Part shown: piece after piece, positions 47,837 to 55,792 of the stretch
Layout of the letters: every line of letters begins with the position of its first letter
How positions within the stretch are numbered: position 1 is the stretch's first letter
Source: Bacteroidales bacterium
GTDB taxonomy: Bacteria > Bacteroidota > Bacteroidia > Bacteroidales > UBA3663
Direction: 5' to 3'
Assembly (NCBI GenBank): GCA_017561935.1
Contig: JAFZBE010000043.1
Coordinates: forward strand, 1,982-65,981
DNA length: 64,000 nt
Translations under genes and position numbers: made by a program
The notes under the pieces: generated by a model
The model's input: only the letters and a program-made list of their open reading frames with translations
The model's database searches: none
Told to the model about the DNA's origin: nothing

Positions 47837-49036
47837 ATGGAAAATTTATCAGCACGCCTCTGTGCATTGTCACCATCAGCTACGTTGGCCATGTCACAGA
47901 AGAGTCAAGAGCTCAAGGGTCAAGGCCTCGACATCATCAACCTGTCGGTCGGCGAGCCTGACTTCTTTACTCCTGACCACATCAAGGAAGCTGCAAAGAA
48001 GGCTGTAGATGACAATTTCTCGTTCTACACCCCAGTCCCCGGCTATCTGTCTCTTCGTGAGGCTATCAGCCGCAAACTCAAGAGAGAAAACAATGTAGAA
48101 TTCTCGCCGGCCCAGATTGTCGTAGGCAATGGAGCCAAGCAGGAGATCTGCAATGTCATACTATCCATCGTTGACAAGGGCGATGAAGTGATCATTCCCA
48201 CCCCGGCATGGGTAAGCTACTTCGAGATGGTCAAACTAGCCGAAGGAGTCAACGTACCTTTCCATTGTGGGCAGGAACAGGACTTCAAGATCTTGCCTCA
48301 GCAGCTCGAGAGCCTCATCACCCCGCGCACCAAGGCATTCCTCTTCTGTTCACCCTCCAACCCCACGGGTGCCATCTATAGCAAGGAGGAACTGGCAGCC
48401 ATCGTTGAGGTGCTGGCCAAGTATCCGCAGATCATCGTCATCGCTGACGAGATCTACGAACATATCACCTACTGCGGGCAACCCACCTCCATCGCCGCAT
48501 TCCCCGCCATGCGAGATCGTGTGGTCATCATCAATGGCGTTTCAAAGGCCTACGCCATGACAGGCTGGCGCATCGGCTTCTGTGCCGCTCCCGCCTATAT
48601 CGCCAAGGCCGTCAACAAGCTACAGAGCCAATACACCTCTGGTTGTTCCAGCATCGCACAGAAGGCCGCCGAAGCTGCCTACAATGGCCCACAGGATTGC
48701 GTCGAAATGATGCGTCAGGAGTTTGAACGTCGTCGCGACCTCATCTGCTCGGCTGTGCAGGATATCCCGGGGTTCCGTCTCGACAAGAAGCCCAGCGGTG
48801 CCTTCTATGTCTTCCCCGACGTCAGCGCCCTCTATGGCAAACGTACGCCCGAGGGCAAGTTGATTGCCAATGCCGACGACGTAGCCATGTACCTGCTCGA
48901 AGTAGGTCACGTGGCTGGCGTGAGTGGAGAAGCCTTTGGCGACCCCTCATGCATCCGTTTCAGCTATGCCACGTCGCAGGCCAAGATTGCCGAGGCCATG
49001 CAACGCGTTCGAGAGGCAGTTTTGAAACTCAGCTGA
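47837..49036 (+). CDS. PLP-dependent aminotransferase class I (aspartate aminotransferase-like)
   Basis: INLSVGEPDF, SPSNPTG and GVSKAYAMTGWR (PLP lysine) motifs. Confidence 0.88.
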   Translation: MENLSARLCALSPSATLAMSQKSQELKGQGLDIINLSVGEPDFFTPDHIKEAAKKAVDDNFSFYTPVPGYLSLREAISRKLKRENNVEFSPAQIVVGNGAKQEICNVILSIVDKGDEVIIPTPAWVSYFEMVKLAEGVNVPFHCGQEQDFKILPQQLESLITPRTKAFLFCSPSNPTGAIYSKEELAAIVEVLAKYPQIIVIADEIYEHITYCGQPTSIAAFPAMRDRVVIINGVSKAYAMTGWRIGFCAAPAYIAKAVNKLQSQYTSGCSSIAQKAAEAAYNGPQDCVEMMRQEFERRRDLICSAVQDIPGFRLDKKPSGAFYVFPDVSALYGKRTPEGKLIANADDVAMYLLEVGHVAGVSGEAFGDPSCIRFSYATSQAKIAEAMQRVREAVLKLS

Positions 49037-49087
49037 ACAATCAGCACGTGTGAACTGAACATCATACAATCTGTAATACTTTCATAA

Positions 49088-51448
49088 ATGCTAAAATTAA
49101 CCAAATACGTTTGCCTAGCTCTTTGGGGAATCTTCATCCTCGGTCTTCTGATCGGAGGAGGTGTCCTGTGGGCCATCTCCAGTGGGTTCATTGGCGAGAT
49201 GCCATCCATCGAGGAACTTGAGAACCCGCAGAGCAAGTACGCTACCATCGTCTATTCGGCCGATTCCGTCGAACTGGGTCGTTTCAGCCGTGCCAAGGAA
49301 AACCGTGTCTTCATCAACTACAACGAGTTGTCGCCCAATCTGATCAATGCACTCGTAGCTACTGAGGATGCACGATTCCTCGATCACTCCGGCATCGACA
49401 TGAAGGCCCTCTTCCGTGCAATCTTCAAGACCGTTTTGCTTCACCAGCGTTCGGCCGGTGGTGGTTCCACCATCACCCAGCAGCTAGCCAAGCAGGTTTA
49501 TACCAAGGAGGTGGCTTCGAACATCTGGGAACGTGCCATGCAGAAACCCATCGAATGGGTAATCGCTGTCAAGCTCGAGAGGCTCTACACAAAGGAGGAG
49601 ATCATCAACATGTATCTCAACCATTTCGACTTCTGCTACAATGCCGTCGGTATCCGTTCAGCTGCACGCATCTACTTCGACAAGCTCCCCTCCGAGCTCG
49701 ATGTCGATCAGTCGGCCATGCTCGTAGGCATGCTCCAGAATCCCTCGCTCTACAATCCTATCCGTCGTCCCGAGAAGACGAAGAATCGTCGAGCCGTCGT
49801 ACTCAACCAAATGCTCAAGACCGGCTATCTTACCCAAGCCGAGTACAACGACTATAAGGAACGTCCGCTGCTGCCACAGGTTGACCGCGACGGCAACTAC
49901 AAGCTGGCGCATTCGGCCGATCACAAGGAGGGCATGGCTCCTTACTTGCGTGAATACCTGCGCAAAATCATGCGTGCCAACAAGCCCAACCGTTCACGTT
50001 ACGCTTCTTGGCAGGACCAGCAGTTCTACGACGATTCCCTCGCTTGGGAGACCAATCCCCTTTATGGCTGGTGCAACAAGAACAAGAAACCCGATGGCAC
50101 GCACTACGACCTCACCACCGATGGTCTTCGCATCTACACAAGCATCAATTCCCACATGCAGCAGTATGCCGAGGAGTCGCTTGTCGAACATCTGCGCGAC
50201 AACCTGCAGCCTGCCTTCAATAAGGAGAAGCAGGATCAGCCCAATGCTCCCTATAGCCGCAAGCTCACCGACGACGATGTGAAGAACTCCCTGCGTCGCG
50301 CCATGCGTCAGTCCGAGCGCTACACGCTCATGAAGGCCAACGGCTACTCAACCGAAGAGATCGAAAAGGCATTCCAGAAGCCCATCGCTATGAAGATTTT
50401 CTCCTGGGCCGGTGAGATCGACACCATCATGAGCCCATGGGATTCGCTGCGTTGGCAGAAACAGTTCCTGCGTGCCGGTTTCATGTGCATGGATACCCTG
50501 GGCTATGTCAAGGCTTACGTCGGCGGACCCGATTTCGCCTTCTTCCAGTACGATATGGTGACAGCTGGCCGTCGTCAGGTGGGTTCTACCATCAAGCCCC
50601 TGCTATACACCCTGGCCATGGAAGAAGGACGCACACCCTGCGACGAGGAACTCAACACCCAGCCTGTGCTCTACGATGCCATCGGACGTCCCTGGACGCC
50701 ACGCGATGGTGGCAGACAGCGTATTGGCGAGATGGTCACCCTGCGATGGGGCCTCATGCGATCCAACAACTGGATCTCCGCGCGTGTGATGAGTCGTATG
50801 ACGCCCGAACACTTCGTCGATTTCCTCCACTCGGCGGGTGTCCGCAATCGTCTCGACCCCGTGCTCTCGCTCTGCCTGGGTTCTTGCGACATCTCCGTTG
50901 AAGAGATGGTCACCGCCTACTCGGGCTTCCCTGGACGAGGCATGCGCAGCCAGCCACTCTATGTCGTGTCCATCTGCGACAACTCGGGCATGGAACTTGC
51001 CCACTTCACCCCTGTCCGCAAGGAAGTCTTCTCGGCCGAAGCTTATTATAAGATGCTGCCCATCCTCCGCGATGTTGTAGATTATGGCACAGGTGCTCGC
51101 ATCCGCTCACGCTACGGCATCACTGCGCCCATGGGTGGCAAGACGGGTACGACCAACGACAACTCCGACGGATGGTTCATGGCATTCACGCCCGGTCTCG
51201 TCGGTGGCACCTGGGTAGGTGGCGAGGAACGCACCATCCACTTCGACCGCACTGCCGAAGGTCAGGGTGCTGCCATGGCATTGCCCATCTGGGCACAGTT
51301 CATCAAGAGGGTGCTTGCCGATCCCACACTGCCCTACAGCTCCTCCGACACGTTCTACTATCCCTCGGGATATAACCCCTGCCATGTCGAAGGAGCCTTC
51401 GAGCATGTCGAAGAGACGCCCGAAGTCGAAAGCAGTTTCTTTGATTGA
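49088..51448 (+). CDS. mrcA: penicillin-binding protein 1A (bifunctional transglycosylase/transpeptidase)
   Basis: GT51 motif EDARFLDHSGID. Transpeptidase SxxK in GSTIKP. KTGTT motif. Confidence 0.9.
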   Translation: MLKLTKYVCLALWGIFILGLLIGGGVLWAISSGFIGEMPSIEELENPQSKYATIVYSADSVELGRFSRAKENRVFINYNELSPNLINALVATEDARFLDHSGIDMKALFRAIFKTVLLHQRSAGGGSTITQQLAKQVYTKEVASNIWERAMQKPIEWVIAVKLERLYTKEEIINMYLNHFDFCYNAVGIRSAARIYFDKLPSELDVDQSAMLVGMLQNPSLYNPIRRPEKTKNRRAVVLNQMLKTGYLTQAEYNDYKERPLLPQVDRDGNYKLAHSADHKEGMAPYLREYLRKIMRANKPNRSRYASWQDQQFYDDSLAWETNPLYGWCNKNKKPDGTHYDLTTDGLRIYTSINSHMQQYAEESLVEHLRDNLQPAFNKEKQDQPNAPYSRKLTDDDVKNSLRRAMRQSERYTLMKANGYSTEEIEKAFQKPIAMKIFSWAGEIDTIMSPWDSLRWQKQFLRAGFMCMDTLGYVKAYVGGPDFAFFQYDMVTAGRRQVGSTIKPLLYTLAMEEGRTPCDEELNTQPVLYDAIGRPWTPRDGGRQRIGEMVTLRWGLMRSNNWISARVMSRMTPEHFVDFLHSAGVRNRLDPVLSLCLGSCDISVEEMVTAYSGFPGRGMRSQPLYVVSICDNSGMELAHFTPVRKEVFSAEAYYKMLPILRDVVDYGTGARIRSRYGITAPMGGKTGTTNDNSDGWFMAFTPGLVGGTWVGGEERTIHFDRTAEGQGAAMALPIWAQFIKRVLADPTLPYSSSDTFYYPSGYNPCHVEGAFEHVEETPEVESSFFD

Positions 51449-51523
51449 AACACTTAATCACATCCGGTGATTTAATTCATATTATTAAACATCATTATTA
51501 ACCCTTAATCAACAATCTGCTCT

Positions 51524-52198
51524 ATGAAAAAGTACTTTGCAGAATTGGTCGGCACCTTTGTGCTTACCCTTCTTGGCTGCGGCACCGCCGTTAGCCTCAA
51601 CTGTGGCATCGACACTGCATCTGTAGTCGGCACTGCCCTTGCCTTTGGTCTTGCTGTTGTTGCTATGGCCTACACCATCGGCGGCATCTCCGGTTGCCAC
51701 ATCAACCCTGCTATCACTCTGGGCTGCCTTCTTTCCGGCCGTATCTCAGGCAAGGATGCCGGCATGTACATGATTTTCCAAGTCATCGGTGCCATCCTCG
51801 CGTCATGTGTTCTCTACCTTTTGGTTTCCACTTCTCCCGAACTTGCACTCGGCACCAAGACTGGCGCTAACGCTTGCGCAGGCACTGTCACCAACGGTCT
51901 CATTGCCGAAATCGTGCTCACCTGCCTCTTCGTGCTCGTAGTCCTCGGCACCACCGATGCCAAGAAGGGTGCTGGCAACTTCGCAGGTCTCGCCATCGGT
52001 CTCTCGCTCGTGCTCATCCACCTCGTAGGTATTCACTACACTGGAACCTCTGTGAACCCCGCTCGCTCCATCGGCCCAGCTCTCTTCGAGGGTGGCAAGG
52101 CGCTCAGCCAGCTCTGGGTATTCATCGTTGGTCCATTCGTAGGTGGCGCACTCGCTGCTTTCATCTGGGCACTTATCGGCTCCGACGACAAGAAATAA
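51524..52198 (+). CDS. aqpZ: aquaporin Z (MIP family)
   Basis: Two NPA boxes: HINPAIT and SVNPARS. 224 aa. Confidence 0.92.
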   Translation: MKKYFAELVGTFVLTLLGCGTAVSLNCGIDTASVVGTALAFGLAVVAMAYTIGGISGCHINPAITLGCLLSGRISGKDAGMYMIFQVIGAILASCVLYLLVSTSPELALGTKTGANACAGTVTNGLIAEIVLTCLFVLVVLGTTDAKKGAGNFAGLAIGLSLVLIHLVGIHYTGTSVNPARSIGPALFEGGKALSQLWVFIVGPFVGGALAAFIWALIGSDDKK

Positions 52199-52214
52199 TT
52201 AACACCATAACCAT

Positions 52215-52239
52215 GCCCTGCCAATTCGTTTGGCAGGGC
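52215..52239 (+). terminator. hairpin terminator after aqpZ
   Basis: GCCCTGCCAA-TTCG-TTTGGCAGGGC. It overlaps the track's upstream start (52230) of the next ORF. Confidence 0.6.
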
Positions 52240-52250
52240 TTATCCTTACT

Positions 52251-53360
52251 ATGAAAAAAGATATCAAGCAAATTGTCCTCACAGGCGGTCCCTGTGCCGG
52301 AAAGACTACCGCCCTGGTACGCATCAACGAGTATTTATCCAACCTCGGGTACAAGGTATTCATTGTGCCCGAAATACCGACTATGGTCACAGCGTCGGGA
52401 TGGAGCTATCTCACCAACAACCACGATTTCTACTACGAAGGCGAGAAGATCATTCTCGAACTCCAGCTAGAGATGGAGGACAAGATGCGTCGCCTAGCCG
52501 AAACGTGTACCGAACCTTGCGTCATCGTCTGCGATCGAGGCGCACTTGATATCTCAGCCTACATCTCGCCCGAGATGTTCGACGAACTCTGTGCAGCCTG
52601 CCACACCAACGTCGAGGAACTGCGTCATGGCAACCGTTATGATGCAGTATTGCACCTCGTGTCGGCAGCCGACGGTGCCGAAAGTTTCTATACGACGGCA
52701 AACAACGCCTCACGCTACGAGAAAGCCGACGAAGCCGGACTCCGTCTCGCCCGCGAACTCGACAAGAAGGTGATTCAGGCATGGACTGGGCATCAGCACC
52801 TGCGCGTCATCGACAACCGCAAGGACTTCGAACAGAAACTCAATCGTGTGCTCTACGAAATCAATTCTGTCCTCGGCTTACCGCAAGCCATCGTCGAGGA
52901 GCGCAAGTACATCGTCGAACTCATCGGCGAACTGCCCGGCGACTGCATCGAGAGCTATATTCAACAAACCTACCTCTCTTCCGAACCTGGCTCCGAAGTG
53001 CGCATCCGTCGCCGCGTCACGGGCAACCACACCGTCAATATCCACACCACACGCCGCCGCATTTCCACCAACGAGGAAATTGTTACCGAGCGCCAAGTAT
53101 CCAATGCGCTTTACGAGACACTCCTACTACAGGCCGATCCTTATCGTCACACCATCAGCAAGCGGCGCAAGAGCTTCATTGCAGGTGGACAGTTTTTCGA
53201 GCTCGATGCCTACGAGGCTCCGCACGAAGGCCTGATGATCCTCGAAACCAAAGGCATCGCGTCACACGCCGATCTCCGTCTGCCCCCATTCCTCCGCATC
53301 GTCAAGGACATCACCGGCGACTTCGACTATTACAACTACAATCTGGCTTTGCGCAAATAA
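52251..53360 (+). CDS. P-loop NTPase (AAA_28/NadR-like) fused to a C-terminal CYTH domain
   Basis: Walker A LTGGPCAGKTT. C-terminal half has CYTH-like beta-strand signatures: EERKYIV, IQQTYL, VRIRRR, FELDAYE, LMILETKG. Start moved to MKKDIK after the terminator. Confidence 0.7.
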   Translation: MKKDIKQIVLTGGPCAGKTTALVRINEYLSNLGYKVFIVPEIPTMVTASGWSYLTNNHDFYYEGEKIILELQLEMEDKMRRLAETCTEPCVIVCDRGALDISAYISPEMFDELCAACHTNVEELRHGNRYDAVLHLVSAADGAESFYTTANNASRYEKADEAGLRLARELDKKVIQAWTGHQHLRVIDNRKDFEQKLNRVLYEINSVLGLPQAIVEERKYIVELIGELPGDCIESYIQQTYLSSEPGSEVRIRRRVTGNHTVNIHTTRRRISTNEEIVTERQVSNALYETLLLQADPYRHTISKRRKSFIAGGQFFELDAYEAPHEGLMILETKGIASHADLRLPPFLRIVKDITGDFDYYNYNLALRK

Positions 53361-53367
53361 CACACAC

Positions 53368-53402
53368 AAAAAAGTATCGTCCTTCGGAACGATACTTTTT
53401 TT
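53368..53402. terminator. bidirectional terminator
   Basis: AAAAAAGTATCGT-CCTTCGGA-ACGATACTTTTTT between convergent genes. Confidence 0.75.
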
Positions 53403-53421
53403 GTAGAAAGGGGAAAAGATA

Positions 53422-55002
53422 TTACAAACTAATCAGGAACTGCTCGCCCCACGGCACCAGAAGGTCATGGCCTTGGGGATTAAGGTGGGCACGATCGCGG
53501 GGATGCTGGAAGTACTGCCGACGGAATTCCTCATTCTCCACCTCAATACCGCTCGTGGTGGCTGCATTGAGGAAGGGGAAGCCATGACGCTCACAGGCAT
53601 CCTGAATGGCACGTATCACCAAGGGGAAACCTTCGTGCGACAGGTTCCACGGTGAAACGACGGCAATCTTGGCATTCGGGTACTTCTGGCGCAATCCCAC
53701 ATAGAAATCGTCCAGATGCTGGAGGAAGGTAGCCAGTGAATCTGGACCCATGAGGACGAAGCTGGCATCGTTATGACCTGCCACCACAAGCACGTAGTCG
53801 GCATCATCGACCATATCGGCATAGCGCACATAGAGCGCCTTGCCGAAGTTGCGGTTTGTGCGGTCGAAAGCGATGGCGCCACCATTGCGACCATAGTTGT
53901 TATAGGTCATTCCGTGCTTGGCAGCCACCTTGTAGTGCCAGGCATTCTCATACGACTGGACATGGTTCTGCACATAGCTGTCGCCAATGATGTTGATGGT
54001 CTTTCCTGCCAATGGGTCAGTCTTGAGTGGCTCGATGGTGATGGGACCACCATAGGGATTGAAATCGCACAACAGATCATCGCCCTTCAGGATCAAGGGC
54101 AGATTCTTGCCGTCCTGCACCGCACGATATCCGAAAACCTTCTTCGCAGCCTTAGTCCCAGGCTTGGGCATACCACTCACCTTCAAGGTCAGTTTCTCCG
54201 CAAAGAGTACAGGATCCAAGTCCAACGAGGGTGTCACCGTAATGATTCCCTTCTTCTTGGCCACATCAAGTCGGACGGCTTCGCGTTCCACCACGTAGGC
54301 ACCCACCTTCGCAAAGGTCTCGGTCCAGATCGTATCGCTCTTGTATGCCAGTTCACGGAACAAGTCCCAAAGGATCCAAGGCTCTTCCCAACGGTCCCAG
54401 GCCGTATAGATGCCATGACTCATCGTCACGCCCCAGGTGCCATTGTCAATCTGTTCCCTGAGCCATCGTCCGACGCTCTCACGCGTCTGGTGCGAGTTGG
54501 CCTGTCCCAATCCGAACTGATACTCCCGATTGCAGATCCTGCCCTTCAAGGTGGCTGCTCTTACACGATCATCCACCGCATTATACGGATAGATGAAGGT
54601 GACAGGACGCTTCCCCGTCTCCTTTTCTATGGCCGAATCGTTTCGGGCAATCTCCATGTGCAACGAATCGTCATCCAACCCCGTCAGATGGGGATGCGAC
54701 CACGAGTGATTGCTCAACTCATGGCCCGAACGCACCAGTGAGCGACATTCCTCCCACGTCATACGCGGGGAATAATGGTCATCCAAGTCACCCAGCACAC
54801 TTGCGTTGATTGCAAAAGTCGCCTTCAACGCATATCGGTCCAGATGTGGCGCAATGAGGGTATAATCTTCCTGCACGCCATCGTCGAAAGTCAAACTCAC
54901 CGCACACTGCCGATCCCCTTGGTAACGTGCCACGCTCACTTCCTGCGCCGTAGCAAGCATACCCACCGAAAACATTGACATCACTACATAAATGCTTTCC
55001 AT
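53422..55002 (-). CDS. secreted bifunctional carbohydrate esterase: NodB/CE4 deacetylase N-domain plus SGNH/GDSL hydrolase C-domain
   Basis: TFDDG NodB motif and HSWSHP. C-terminal IIGDSYV (GDS block) and GHND-like block. Confidence 0.8.
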   Translation of the reverse strand: MESIYVVMSMFSVGMLATAQEVSVARYQGDRQCAVSLTFDDGVQEDYTLIAPHLDRYALKATFAINASVLGDLDDHYSPRMTWEECRSLVRSGHELSNHSWSHPHLTGLDDDSLHMEIARNDSAIEKETGKRPVTFIYPYNAVDDRVRAATLKGRICNREYQFGLGQANSHQTRESVGRWLREQIDNGTWGVTMSHGIYTAWDRWEEPWILWDLFRELAYKSDTIWTETFAKVGAYVVEREAVRLDVAKKKGIITVTPSLDLDPVLFAEKLTLKVSGMPKPGTKAAKKVFGYRAVQDGKNLPLILKGDDLLCDFNPYGGPITIEPLKTDPLAGKTINIIGDSYVQNHVQSYENAWHYKVAAKHGMTYNNYGRNGGAIAFDRTNRNFGKALYVRYADMVDDADYVLVVAGHNDASFVLMGPDSLATFLQHLDDFYVGLRQKYPNAKIAVVSPWNLSHEGFPLVIRAIQDACERHGFPFLNAATTSGIEVENEEFRRQYFQHPRDRAHLNPQGHDLLVPWGEQFLISL

Positions 55003-55029
55003 ATTCTCAAATATATTAACGTTTCTTCT

Positions 55030-55730
55030 AGTAAAAGCCCCGAAGGGGTGTCAAGACCACAGGCGAGGGTGCCAACCCCCGGATCAGATGCCCCATAAGC
55101 CAAAGCCCTGAAGCGGCGACAGACTACTAACTTAATCGCTGAACACATATCTATCATCGTATTTGATACCATACGCCTCCAAAAACAATTTATACTCTTC
55201 TTGGAAGCTACGTTTCCGATGATGTTCTTCCTGCTTACGTATGTATTCGATTGTCTTATCCATCAGCGACGGACTAACAGAAAAAGCCCCATATCCATCT
55301 TGCCATGCAAATAATTTGTAACGAACGTTTAACTGCTTTATCCATTTGCTGCTGCTTGCTTTTATTTCTCTCACAAAATCTACCAATGATATGGATTTTG
55401 GAAGCGATGTTAGGATATGAACATGGTCTTCAACGCCACCGATTTCAAACGGAATACCGTTCAAACCTTTGATGGTCCCACCGAGATATTGGAATATTTG
55501 TGGAAGGTCTTCTTTTTGCATATTTACACCCGTTGTTTTCACGTGGAAAATGAGATGGATATCGATTTTCACCAATGAACTTGCCATTCTTTACTGTTCT
55601 TTCGCCCATTCAGGGCTAATTAATCATTTATTACTCATTTCCGGGGGTTACACCACCCGTCTGTATTCTTATAGCCCTTTCAGGGCACCAGTTTCTGTTT
55701 TCGACTTGTCGAAATGTCCGCTGCAAATAT
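55030..55730 (-). mobile_element. RayT/IS200-like Y1 transposase cassette with nested inverted repeats
   Basis: Inverted pairs: AGCCCTGAAGCGGCGA (55104-55119) vs TCGCCCATTCAGGGCT (55601-55616); GGTGCCAACCCCCGG (55068-55082) vs CCGGGGGTTACACCACCC (55640-55657); small GCCC..GGGC hairpins outside them. -7 box at 55722-55729 (-). Confidence 0.6.
55132..55587 (-). CDS. REP-associated tyrosine transposase-like (IS200/IS605 TnpA Y1 family)
   Basis: HUH motif in DHVHIL. Catalytic Tyr context YIRKQEEHH. 151 aa. Confidence 0.85.
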   Translation of the reverse strand: MASSLVKIDIHLIFHVKTTGVNMQKEDLPQIFQYLGGTIKGLNGIPFEIGGVEDHVHILTSLPKSISLVDFVREIKASSSKWIKQLNVRYKLFAWQDGYGAFSVSPSLMDKTIEYIRKQEEHHRKRSFQEEYKLFLEAYGIKYDDRYVFSD

Positions 55731-55792
55731 ATGAATAAAAAACTGAATGACCAAAAAAATCAGCGGAATAGTCTACATTCCGCTGATTTTTA

